Shown here in pieces: positions 35,331-47,772 of a DNA stretch of 64,000 nucleotides (position 1 is the stretch's first letter; each line of letters begins with the position of its first letter). The stretch is taken from positions 16,616,001-16,680,000 of the forward strand of contig JBHGNT010000001.1 of assembly GCA_043228905.1 (NCBI GenBank). The letters run 5' to 3'. The notes beneath the pieces were generated by a model. It was not told the DNA's origin. It worked only from the letters and a program-made list of their open reading frames with translations, and did no database searches. A program made the translations under genes and the position numbers. The DNA is from Azolla caroliniana (lineage: Eukaryota; Plantae; Polypodiophyta).

Positions 35331-35693
35331 AAATCGTGTTATAGGTTTAGGGTTAGGTTTAATGATAATGATGCGCAATAATAGTGTTTTAGGTTTAGGG
35401 TTATAATTACAATGAGGTTAGATACTTAGGGGTACATGCCCCTTTAGCCATTCACACTAATCACTTACTCACACCTCTTCTTATATGTCCACATGCACAC
35501 ACGTGTGCATGTGTTCACATACATACCTACTCACACCCACAATTACACTTGTGCACATTTACACATATACATCAACACTTTACTCTTTCACCCTCACTTG
35601 TCATTCTCAAAACTTTGTTCATCTCGTATGGTAACAAACTAAAAGTGCTAATGTTTTAGGAACAAATAATGACCAGTAGCGGATTAACCTCGT

Positions 35694-35705
35694 GCTCTGA
35701 TACCA
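35694..35705 (-). promoter_or_regulatory. orphan tRNA-iMet PBS
   Basis: Reverse complement TGGTATCAGAGC; the parent element is not resolvable. Confidence 0.55.
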
Positions 35706-36854
35706 ACTCTTGGAAATGGGGTCATCAATGAATGATGACTCGTAATCCACTCATTGAATCTTCAAACGTCATCACCACGGTGCATGCTGGCGATGATCGG
35801 CACATCCTGGCAATGAGGAAGTTTTGGATCATGCAGTCGAAAAACTCGTTGACGAAACGACTCATCAACTTGTCATCTACCATTTTATCACTTGCACTAC
35901 ATCGGTGGTGGAGGCTTTTTGTACGACGTATGTAGTCTCAAATTGTCTCTTTTGCCTCTTGCTTGAGGGCAAAGAGTTGGTCAATCGTGTTCCACTTATT
36001 TCCTCTCCTCGTGAAATCTTCTATGACATACTCGAAGTCAGCGATGATATCTTCATTTAGGGTTCAGAACCAAATTCTCGCTTGATCGTCGAGTGTAAGT
36101 CCAAAGTCCACAACTTTTGGTAACTTCTGTGAGAGGATATGTTTTATTGCCCATAGCTCTTGTGTCATATCATGAATATGTTGTTCCTAGTTGGGTGGGT
36201 TTGTTGTTGGACTCTCATGATGTGGAGATGTGCTGAGAGGTGCATTAGTTATTGGGCTTGCGGGGAGGTTAATGTTGGGTTGTGTTCCTAGGGTTAGCCA
36301 CCCTCCATGGTATCGAGTCGAGTTGGATGAGGTGGCATCTTGTGTCTGGTCAATCTGCAGCCTATGTCGTTTCTTCTGGGCGTTTACATTCTGGTTCACA
36401 TAGAGCCTGCCATGTGTAAATTGGGTGGCATTGTAAGGTCTCCTAAGTTCTACTTCACCCATCGACTATTGATACTCGTCCAGTATTGCTACTCGTCGAG
36501 GGTTTGAGTTAAGCTAAAAAAATTTGAAAATTTCAGTGCTAACGGTCATTTCAAGTACATCCTCTTTTATCACTTATTAGTGTGAATCACACCGGTTCCT
36601 CGTACACTGTGACGGTCAAATCTCAAGAGTAACTAGTGATAATCAGAGGATTAGCTTGCTAATATTTGGGCGATTAAAGGGAGAATAATAGGAAATTAGA
36701 AAATTAGGTGCTTGAAACAAGATTAACAGAAATATAAAATAAGTAAGGTTTTTAATTAGAACAAAACGGTGGTTTTCCTTTGTTCTCTTCCCTTGTCAAG
36801 TGGCTTACCTAAGACTTTTCGACCACTCGAAGTCGGCTTCAAGCGTCGGTCTTA

Positions 36855-37719
36855 TCCCCGGCAATGGCGCCAAATAGATGTGTAGGATCTATTATCGACG
36901 AAGGTATTTCCTTCTCAATGTTGTTTGGAGAGTTCGGACCGGCGTATACTCTTTTGATGGCAAATCGAGCGAAGGCGTTGTCAAATACCTTCGATCCTCA
37001 CGCTCACGTAACAATTAGACAATGATTAAGAACGAATATCTCTCTCTCTCTCTCAGACTCAATCTCATAGAAAATAGAAGAAATGAATATCTTTATTAAC
37101 CCTCTTGCTAAGAGGTCTAGCACCAAAAAGGAAGAGGGATTAGGGTTTCTCTACTAAACACTCACTAATCTCTCTTAGGCTTAAATGTTACAAGAAAGAT
37201 GAGAGGGAGCTTGAGCTCTTAAACACTAGGGAGATCTCTACAAATGGAAGAACCCTTACAAAGACTCCACAATGTGGTTTATATAGGTTTTAAATTTACG
37301 GTGTGACCTTTTCACACTTGGTTGCCTATTAGTTTCCCTTTCCCTTAATTGGTTCTTACTATTTCCTCTTCGTGGGTCCTTTAGCCGTACAATGTCCTTG
37401 TTGATGTGCCCTTCTTCACGACTAATCATGATGTGATCCAAGCACTTAACAGTTCAGAGAGAGACAAATCAAAGTTAATTAACTTTGTGACCCTACGATT
37501 CTCTTTGTCTCTAACTCTCTTTTCTATTTAACCGACCGACCATCCACCTTCTTTTGCTTGGATTAGCCAACCACATTAGCACTCCCCATTCCCTTCATTT
37601 GTGACCCTAGGTTTTTCTTTCACTAAGTGTTTCTAAGCGACTGACTCACTCTGAGAAAAAGACAAAACTATTTATCTACATCTCTTGTATCCATGATTAT
37701 ACGGTATACCTTTACATCA
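36855..37719 (-). mobile_element. Athila-like gypsy relic: tRNA-Asp PBS (36855-36872) plus candidate LTR (36875-37719)
   Basis: Minus strand TGGCGCCATTGCCGGGGA is one mismatch from the Athila PBS. Putative LTR ends TGATGTAAAGG...CCTACACATCTA. Confidence 0.6.
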
Positions 37720-38428
37720 GAATCTCAGACTTTGATAATGCAAAGTATGTATCTAAAAGAAATATCATGGGTTAACATCAAACTCTATTGCAATTGACAT
37801 AATCCATGCGTGAGTGAGGCCATAGTCTAGACTATATAGTTGTGTAAAGTGTATTGACTTCAGCACATATATGAGTTAGAAGCAAGGTAATTGTGACCAT
37901 TCCTAGCATTTACAATTTACAATAGACAACTTATCATACATGAAGAGGCTCCATATCAAGCAACAAACTTTGTGATATTGTATTCTGGTCTTATGTAGCC
38001 TCTATTTCTGCCCACATTATTGTGTGAAGTCATAAAATAATCACTTGCAAAACCAGTATTCCATTTCATAGAGAGAAACTTCCATCGATCTCATGAGTCA
38101 CAAAACAAACCTACAATCTTCACAAGGGGTGATAGGCAGTTGGACTTTATAATCATTAAGTATATGACTTATTGAAACAGAAGAAACATTTCACATAGAG
38201 TGTGGTGCTTGTAAATTAGTTACTTTAAATCCATGTTTACCAAAAAAACAGGATTTACTTCCAAAATATAAAAGTGCATAATATATTCAAGTCGGGAATC
38301 TTTCAAGCTCAAAAATGTTCAGAGAGACCACATTGATTGCAGGAGAGAAAGTTGTGGAGGGATTAATCTGGTCATGATGTGAGAGAAACAATGACAAGCA
38401 AATCGCTCATTGTCAATTAACATGAATA

Positions 38429-38976
38429 TCAATTTACATTCTCATGTCCTGAGTTGATGTACAGATGAACTACTGAATCCTTGAGAATCCTCAAGAGCTC
38501 TGGCGACTTAACACACCTAGGTGTCTTGTACTGTGTAGGAGATGCTCCAGATTCGATGGCATGAAGCATGATATTTTGGAAGGTTCCTTTCTTTACAATG
38601 TAAAGCCTAAGTGGGCCAATGGTTCCAGATGCCCTGCCTCGTTGGTAAGGATCATTGAATGAAAGATCTATATTCCTACAACATCGAACCAATATCGAAT
38701 CCTCAATAGAAGCAACATCCCTAAGCTCCCAAAATATAGCATAATGCCCTGGCCTAGAAGAATGGTCAGCATAACCACAAAAGTCAGCTAACTTCATGTT
38801 TGCTTCATCCAAGATCTTGGATGCTTGATTATTGACTTCTAAAAACTCTCTTTCATCAGTTTTGTCTGTGTTCAAACTAAACAAGACATTCCTTCGCATC
38901 ACAAAAGAAAACTGAGGTAATTCGTGGTAAAATCCAGTTATCCGGATAACATCACCAATCCGATATCGATAAAGAC
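38429..38976 (-). CDS. GH3: GH3 exon 4
   Basis: Acceptor GTTAAG; LYRYRIGDV...QYKTPRCV...stop. Confidence 0.92.
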
Positions 38977-41953
38977 CTTAACAAGAAGTGAAACACTTCA
39001 GATGTGCTTTTCAATCGAGGTAACAAAAATTTAGAATGAGAACAAAGTACTAAGAGTAAGTTCTGGAGGAAAAAAAACTAAGAATATGCTCATGAAGAAA
39101 GAAATGCTGAGTATTTCATGCAAAGTCAGGGAAAATTTCTATGCTAATCAGGAGGTCCTCCTTTTCATACAGTAAGTAATATAAAAAATTATGGTACAAT
39201 ATTGGCCTGCAACCGAAAAGTTGGAAAGAATTTGACCCACATTTTTGTAAATAAAAGCACCCTTTTCCCCGTCAATGTTGATGTTGTCAAATGTATCATA
39301 ACACCTTTTTCTTAATGTTCTTTCATATTTCCCTAAATGGCCCTATGTTTTATTGTTATTTCTCCAAATGTCCTTTATCAATCCTTCTTTTATAGCAGTT
39401 TTCAGAATTTGGAGCCCCCTCGAAAGAACAATTATATGTGTCCTTTCCGGGGTTGATCAAGGGTGTTTGGAAAATTAAGAAAATTTAGGGGTATTTTTAG
39501 AGCATTTACCTAAAAAAGGAAAGGTATCATAGATAAAGTTGTAATAATTTACCACCATTTACCTGCAATAGTGGTCACAATAACTTCATATTCTTCACCG
39601 ATTTGAACACCTGTAATATCAACTGGTGACTCATCCCCTCCATTCTGTTTTATTGGCAGAAATTCAAAGTATGCTGTATATGGCAGCAGCGTAAAAGAGA
39701 CTTGATCATATGATGACTTAGGGTTCAAATTTATACCAATACTGCATTCAGATGAGCCATAATCACCAGAAACAAGTGGTATTTCCCCGGCATAGTTTTT
39801 CAGGTATGGAACATAAGGTTCCATGGATCCAGTCAAAATTGTAAGAATATATTTCACATTTGGCCACAATCGTTTGATAATACCAAACCACCCTTTCTCA
39901 CACTCGTCTCTTACTTTTTGAGAAAGCTGAGGATTTGGCCAAAGAAGTGTTGTCACAGCCTCACGAACAGATGCATCAGTCACCCAGGACTCACTAAGGG
40001 TGCCTGACTGTATATCAATGCATAGCTCCTCCCATACCTCTTCTAACAACCGAAATGCCTCTGTTATCCCATAAGCAAAAATTGATGATATAACTCCAAC
40101 CTCTTCTGCTTGAATCAATCCACAAAGGAGGTGACAATACATGGATTCTCGCACATTCGGCCCAAGAACTACACCCATTGGGCTTGTCCAATTAGGCAAA
40201 TTCTCCGAAAGATTTCCATCTCGCAAATACAGAGAACTTGCAGCTCCAAATTTGATCCCTCTTTTGGTCGTGAAAACCTTCCCAGCATAGATAAAGTAGA
40301 GAGTCTTGACCGCATCTTCAATTGGAAACTCACTGAAAGATTCTATGCCATTAATGCAAATGTCACCTATTGGTTTTAGAGAGACATAATATCGTGTTAC
40401 ATAATCAAAGCAATATTGACTTAACTTGGAAATACCCTGGATTTTTTCATTATTTTCTCAAATACCCCCAAACATTTGGTATTTCCCAGAGATCCTCATT
40501 CATCCCCCCAGCCCCCAATTTCTCAATCATGATGTTTGAGCAGTTATATCATCAATTCATTCACTGATCCTTAATCATGTGTGCTATTTGAGCAATGATG
40601 TTGATAGGTTCCTTTTGTCTCTCTTTCACGGCATGGCCAGGGGCAATCAGGTGCAATGGGGGAAAAAAAGAAGAAATCAGAGGTATTTACATGTTTTTCC
40701 CTTGATGTTGTACATAATCAAGGAAATACATGTACATTGAAGTGAAGTGAAGTGAACCTGTTTAGAATTCCTCTTACCTGAAGGAGAGGAACAGGCGACA
40801 AATCAATAACATGATTGCTCAAATAGGACACATGGTTGACAGAAAAGGATGGATTGACCACATGAATGATAGAATAGCACATATTAATTGAGAAAAAGAG
40901 GGTTGACCAAGCGCTCATGGAGAAATAAGAAAGACTCGGAGGCATTTTGGGGGTGGGTTGGGGAACTCAATGGAATTTTGCCATTCTTGCATTGGAGTTT
41001 TCCACATAATAATCCAGACAATATCTGAAGAAACTTTAACCTGCTCAGAATCGCATTGCTAAGGAAGAACCTATTTGATGTTAATGCTTTCAACTCTTTG
41101 GTAGAGGGAATCATTTTCTTCTTACCACTGGAAGTACCTGAACTGCAGAGAGAAATCACACTAACAGTTTTATACACAAGCAATTAGGAGACTACTTGAC
41201 CGTGTTCTTTGACCTCTAAATCTTTTTTATTGCATTAATAATATGTTCTCTGTATGATGCTTTACACTATATCCGTATGATGCTTTACCAGGAAAACACA
41301 GACTCTTACAACAAGCAAGCGAGATATTCACATACACATATTGTCACATGGTTTCCTTGTACAAACTTAGGCTAGGCTATTAGATTGATATTTTAAACCG
41401 GGAGAAAAGAGGAGAAGAAAAACACTCTAGCAAGAAAAAAAAGGAGAACGAACGAAAGGATGGAACTCTACCATAAAATCAGACAGCAGTTAAATTCTCG
41501 TGTTTTCTGATGTGGTCATATTCAAGACGTTTTTAGCAAGAAACAAAAAATAAGGGGAGGGAATAATGAAGAGCGTATCATCTTAAGATCAAGAAGTCGA
41601 AGTATAGGCAATGGCTTCTAACAAAAAGGAAGGAAAAATGAGGAGCAATGAAAAGATCACCTCAGGGTGAACCTATCGATAGGGTCAGCGCACAAGATGG
41701 GAGATGAATGTTCTCCATCACCATCATCATCATCAGAAGTAAGCTTCTGAATGAAAGGATATATGTCCTCATACTCGACGACAGGAAGAACAGCTCTGAA
41801 CGAGAGAGGATCGGTGCGTCCAGCGAGGCCATGGTGGAGGAGGTATTGACAATTGGCGTTATGCGAGAGGATGGATCGAAGAACAGAGGATTGAATAGAA
41901 ACTGCGGAGCGAGCAGAATGTTGGAACTGTGCGATCAAGTCCGTCTCTGCCAT
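38429..41953 (-). CDS. GH3: GH3-family acyl acid amido synthetase, 4 exons (41953-41661, 41142-41041, 40332-39563, 38976-38429), 570 aa
   Basis: All three GH3 motifs present: LSSGTSSG, DYGSSE, GLYRYRIGD, plus PGHYAIFWEL and QYKTPRCV. GT-AG introns in phases 2, 2 and 1 give a 1713-nt open CDS. Confidence 0.95.
39563..40332 (-). CDS. GH3: GH3 exon 3
   Basis: Acceptor TTTCAG; EFPIED...GDYGSSE...YFEFLP...EEYEVIVTTIA; donor GTAAAT. Confidence 0.92.
40425..40955. mobile_element. degenerate fold-back/MITE-like element in GH3 intron 2
   Basis: 40571-40602 and 40808-40839 are inverted repeats (28/32 identical) with weaker similarity outward. Outer boundaries are approximate. Confidence 0.5.
41041..41142 (-). 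CDS. GH3: GH3 exon 2 (102 bp)
   Basis: Acceptor CTGCAG; SGTSSGKKKMIP; donor GTTAAA. Confidence 0.9.
41661..41953 (-). CDS. GH3: GH3 exon 1
   Basis: MAETDLIAQF...LPVVEYEDIYPFIQKL...ILCADPIDRFTL; donor GTGATC at 41660. Confidence 0.9.
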
Positions 41954-42342
41954 GGCAAAAGATGAAGAAGGAGAGATGGAGATGGAGATGGAGATGGAGA
42001 TACCTTCGCCTCCTTTTCCAGCTTCTGCAGAAAAGAAGAGAGGGAGGAATGCGCTCTGCTCTGCCTTAGAGTCGTATTCTTGCTTTGCTTTGTTGAAATC
42101 AATGAACGTACATCAGAAGGAATAATACATAACATAACATATGTAAGTTGTAACATACATACATATCATACGGAGGAGACTTACCAAATATTAAATACGG
42201 CAAAGTCAGGGAAGGTTTCGGGTTAGCTTAGCTGAGGGTGCGTGCGATCAAAGCGCAAGCTCAAATTTTCAGTTGAGGAAACCTCAAAATCGGTAATGGG
42301 CACAAGTATAATAATCTATACCCATTGATGGCTATCAACCCT

Positions 42343-45300
42343 AAAGGGGCTGTGAACATAGCCGAGAAAACCAACCCGAACTTATGGCATGGCTGACTTG
42401 GCCACATGTCTCAAGCCGGACTTGATCAGCTGATGTCGGATCGGCTACATTCCAAAACTCCAGGCAAAGACAGACTTTTGCGAGCATTGTCGATATGGGA
42501 AACAGACCCGAAGTCCACACTCTCTCCACTATGAGACGGTATGACAACCCCTAGAGCTCGAGCACACAGACATATGTGGGCCCATGCCAGAGCGATCACT
42601 AGGAGGCTCCCGGTACTTTATCACATTCGTAGATGACTGCACACGGAAAGTTTGGGCATACTCCATCAAGTCCAAAGATGAAGCGCAAAAGATCTTCACT
42701 CGATGGATATCTGAAGTGGAGAACCGGTCGGGATACAGAGTGAAGACACTCCAATCCGACAACGGAGGTGAGTACACCTCCAGAGCCTTCAAACAGTACT
42801 TGTCCGGAAAAGGGATCCGACACCAAAAGACCGTTCCCTACACACCCATGCAAAATGGAGAGGCAAAACGGATCAACAGGACGATCCAGGAGAGGGTGAC
42901 GACAATGCTCCAGCAAGCCGGACTAAAGTTGGAATTCTAGGCCGAGGCATTGCAGACGACAGTGTACTTGATAAATCTGGCGCCGTCAAGAGCAATCAGG
43001 CTCGAAGTGCCACAGGCACTATGGTCAGGCAAACAACTGACCTATGATAGGCTCCGTATATTCGGATGTGAAACCTACGCGTTCATCCCAAGGGACAAAA
43101 GGACGAAGTTGGCACCCCATGCAACAAAGTGCATATTTCTCGGTTATGGAACCGATGGGGACTTCGGCTATTGGCTATGGGACCCTGAGAACCGGAAATT
43201 GATCCAGAGCAGTGACGTAGTCTTCAATGAAGAGTCTATCTTCTCTCAGCAGAACCAACAGAAAATAGTTGGTAAGAAGGTATCCTTCGAAGATGATAGC
43301 ACTATCGTAGAAGGACCGACACACCGGGTCGAATCAGAGTCCCAACAAACAGTTGAACTCCAACAAGCTACCAACTTCCCTGCCGACACCGAATCGGCAA
43401 CAAGTCCTATTGTCGAACTCAAAGATAAAATCATCAAAGATAGAGCCGAATCAACCAGGATCAATAAAGGCAAAGTCACTAAGAGACAAGTCAGAAAAGA
43501 GTCGACAACCACCACAGGGGAGAACAACTAGACGCCGTCGAAATCCCAATCTGGGGGCGGGACACCTAACAAGATACTTGATGCAGATGGTTCAACTAAT
43601 ACCGATCGACCAATAGAGTTGATTGAAGGATGCGAACCAAACATCTCGGCACACAGGAGATCTGAACGAGCTTGAAGGCAAACAGAGTTCTACCAACCGG
43701 GCCTCAACTACGTCAACTACACGGATGCAAGCGAACCAAGCACCTATGAAGAAGCTATGGCCGCACCGGATGCCGAAACATGGCTACATGCCATGAAATC
43801 CAAAATGGACTCGATTCATCAGAATCAAACATGGGAGTTGGTCGAACTACCAGCTGGACGGAAGCCGCTACCTTGCAAATGGGTTTTCCGATACAAGTAT
43901 GTATCCGACTCAGAGAAACCCAAGTACAAAGCTCAACTTGTCGTGAAAGGATTCAAACAGGAATACGGGGTCGACTACAACGAGATATTCTCACTAGTAG
44001 TTAAGATGACCACCCTCCGACTCCTACTAGGAGTCATGGCAATAGAAGATCTAGAGCTCAAGCAGATGGACGTAAAGACAACATTCCTACACGGAGATCT
44101 CGAAGAAGACATATACATGTCTCAACCTCCAGGGTTCACAACGACGGGGGAGGACAATCACCTTGTATGTCGACTAAAGAAAAGTCTATATGGCCTAAAA
44201 CAAGCGTCAAGAATGTGGTACCAGAAGTTTGACTCCTACATACGGCAACTTGGATACAATAGATCAGATTCCTACCCATGCATGTATGTTCGACAACTGG
44301 CTGACGAGTCAAGGATCTATCTGATCCTATACGTCAACAACATGTTGATTGCAGGAAGCAATCAAGCAGAGATCGGTAAGCTAAAGTGGAGCCTTCATGC
44401 AAAGTTCGCAATGAAGGAACTTGGACAAGCCTAACACATATTGGGCATGAGGATAGAGCGAAATCGGACGACCAAAACTCTCCGACTCTCCCAGTTCGAA
44501 TACATCCGCAAGGTGCTGAAGCGCTTCAACATGGAGAATGTGAAGCCAACACTGCGACCGCTTCCGACGTCGATTGGACTATTGGACAAAGACTCTCCTT
44601 TGACGGACAAGGAGAGAGAACTTCATGGAAAAATACCCTACGCATCGACAGTAGGAAGTATCATGTACTCAATGGTGGCGACCTGACCCGACCTAGCCTA
44701 TGTCGTAGGGGTGGTCAGGCGGTACATGTCAAACCCAGGAAAGAAGCATTGGGAAGCCGTCAAGCACATCCTTAGGTATCTAAAAGGAACCCTAGATGCA
44801 CAGCTGAATTTCGGGCTGACAACCTCAGCCAAAGTCGAAGGCTACATTGATTCCGACTATGCCGGAAATGCAGATAATCGGAAATCGACATCAGGCTACA
44901 TCTTCACCTATGGTAGCGGGGCGATATCATAGAGGTCGAAACTTCAAGAGTGCATGGCTCTATCTACCACAGAAGCCGAGTACATAGCAGCATCGGAAGC
45001 AGTAAAGGAAGTGATCTGGCTGCACCGAATGACTGCCGACTTTGGAATTGCAAACCGAAACGATTGACCAATGCCAACCATCTATTGCGACTTACAGAGT
45101 GCAATACACCTCATCAACAATCCCTTCTATCATGCGAAGAAGAAGCACATTGAGGTGCGATATCATCATATCCGGGAGCTCATAAATGAAAAGAAACTTG
45201 AAGTCCGGAAGATCGACACCGAGGTGAACATCGTTGATTGCTTGACGAAGCTATTCCCAGATCTACGCTTCGGAGCACTAAGGACGAAAATGGGGCTATG

Positions 45301-45772
45301 ACAAGCGACCAAGCAAAAGAAAGCCGAATGAGGAGCAGAAGGTAAGATTTGATTGGAATAATAACGTCACATCCTATACATCTGCCGACTCGGTTGCATG
45401 CCGACCAACTTGTAACATATAAACTTAGATCAATTTTGCAATCTAGGCTTATGGGGGAGATAACCCCAAATACTTGAACATGCAAGAAAGAGTAGTCCTT
45501 TTATGGGGGAGTTTGTTGGCATAAAAGGCCGACTCCTTCCAAGTTGTATCCGTCTGATTGTGGACTCATTAATAAGTTAGGGCTTAGTATATAAGCTAAT
45601 ACCTAACATTGAAATGAGTAATGACGAGAAGAGTATTGTATCTCTAAGCGAGAACGAAGTAATAAGAAGCTTTCCATTAAAGCTCGATCTACTGTCTAAG
45701 TCTTCATTCACTGTATTTTCTGTGTGTGTTGTTTTCTGAACATAAGCGAGCAGGTCCTCAAACCTTTCCGCA
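42343..45772 (+). mobile_element. 5'-truncated decayed Ty1/copia (family A-related): IN-RT-RH, PPT 45501-45511, 3' LTR 45514-45772
   Basis: Motifs YFITFVDDCTRKVW, QMDVKTTFLHGDL, DSDYAG, KHIEVRYH; TTATGGGGGAG followed by TGTTGG...CA. Confidence 0.9.
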
Positions 45773-45806
45773 TACGTATACATACATACATACATACATA
45801 CATACA

Positions 45807-45842
<36 letters not shown>

Positions 45843-45843
45843 T
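45773..45843. repeat. (TACA)n microsatellite
   Basis: Direct reading. Confidence 0.95.
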
Positions 45844-45844
45844 A

Positions 45845-46118
45845 ACAACACAACCTCTTTACAACAATATCTCTTCATATCAATAATGATAATCCCACAT
45901 AAAGTGATTGCCCTAAGTCATATTTATACTTATATGACTTTAGGACTATTTACAAGTATGACCTCAACACTCACGTCGAAACCTATTTGCTAATATGTTC
46001 CTATTTGTTGGTTCATACTGGATCCGGCCAGACTCCTTCCGGATCCGACCTGGTTCCTTCCTTCGGCTCATCCGATCTGGCTCATCCAAATCCCATATGA
46101 AGGGACCTGATTCCCAAC
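45845..46118 (-). repeat. partial 3' LTR of a family-B copia; its first bases, PPT and RNase H continue at 59409-59610
   Basis: ...AGGGACCTGATTCCCAAC|A is the family-B LTR start in reverse, split by TSD CCAAC. Confidence 0.8.
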
Positions 46119-47772
46119 TGTAAAGAAATGAGGAGCAAGAGTGGTTGAGATGTAGCAGAAGGACTGTGTGTGTGTGTGTGTGTGTGTACGTAAGGCAAAA
46201 CAGAGAGATAGATAGATAGATTATATTATCGTCTTCGGAGGTCAAATATGACCTATGAGACCAAAAATATTACATTAACCAAAAACACACAGAGAGAGAT
46301 TAAAACAGAGATAAACGATTGTATATAACATTAACCAAAATACTTCCAACAATAACTAAGCTACAAGGGGTTGGTTTAAATACCAACTAAACTAGGGCAA
46401 GTGCCCTTTCTACTATTTACAAAACTAGCATGGTATGACCATGAGCTAGTGTGAAACCTATTACTATGGGAAGTTGAGTTCGACTCTCAACATGCCCCTT
46501 CGAACACAACTTCCATCTATCGAAAAGTTGTTTCGGTTCGGTCTTTGGAATCCGGCTTTCGACGTTCGTAATCCTCGAATTGGATTGTTCGGCTTTTCAG
46601 TTCGATTAACTACGTGTTGCGTACTCACGTATCGTTGCATGTTCCGTACTCGATCAATTGCATATAGTGCGCGTGTCCCTCGCAATACTCCCCCTCAAGC
46701 TCAACAATGTGGACGTTGTGAGATCAAGATCCGATGCGAATTGCCCGAGCTTGTCGACTCCTAAGGCCTTCGTAAAGATATAAGCAATTTCTATGTGCGT
46801 ACTAATATGTTGTAGATCAATATCTCCATCTTGTACGTGCTCACGGATGAAGTGGTAGTGCACTTCGATGTGTTTAGTCCGCGCATGGAAGACGAGGTTC
46901 CGAGCAAGGTAGATGCTACTCATGTTGTCGCAGAAGAGGCGAATTGGATCCGTAATGGGAACGCCCAGATCCTTCAGTATGCGCATGAGCTATACGGCCT
47001 CGCATGCCGCGACTGCTGTGCTCCTGTATTTAGTTTCCATGCTTGACAGTGTGACTGTCGGCAACTTCTTACTGCTCTAGAAGATCGCTCCGCTGTCGAT
47101 GGAGAAGACGAATCCGGATGTGGATCGTCTATTTGCTTTGTATCCTACCCAGTCTGCGTCTGTGTATCCTTCAAGTGGAATGGTCATATTGGACTGATAC
47201 ATAATGCCGTAATCCATTGTAGTATTGACATACCGGAGTATCCTCTTAGGGCAATCAATATGAAGGTTTCACAGATTCTGTATAAATTGGCTAACTAGGC
47301 TGTTGAGCGGCAAGCTCAATTGGAGACGGATCGGTGAGTCGGTGAGCAAGACGGATCAGTGAGCAAAAGAGCCGGTGAGCTGGGGAGCCGGTTAGCCGGA
47401 TCCATCAGTAACCGGAAGCCTAGTAGCAACTAGACTAGTTAGTACTCTCGTAGTTAGTGTCAGATGCTCGAGTGAGCATTGAAGTACACCGTACTTCTGT
47501 CAGTCCGTATGGACTTGTATAAAAGTGTTCGCTGAACACATACTATGTACAGAGTGTTGATATAATTTTTCAATAATGATTCTTGTTCTGCTCTCTTTGT
47601 CTCTCCCGCGTATTGTTAAGCTCTCTATTAAACATGTTCTCTGTTTTCTATTGCTTCCGCACGCTATTTGTTTTTACATGGTATCAAAGCTCGAGGGTTG
47701 AGAACCTCTGCAACTGACATTCACTTTCGCAAGAAGAAAACCAAACCTTTGAAAAAAAAAACAAAAAAAACA

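Noticed and set aside
35341-35405. Interstitial telomere
   Set aside because: Only two isolated TTTAGGG matches, not an array.
40884-41183. Stand-alone 99-aa ORF
   Set aside because: Only 41142-41041 is coding (GH3 exon 2); the rest is intron.
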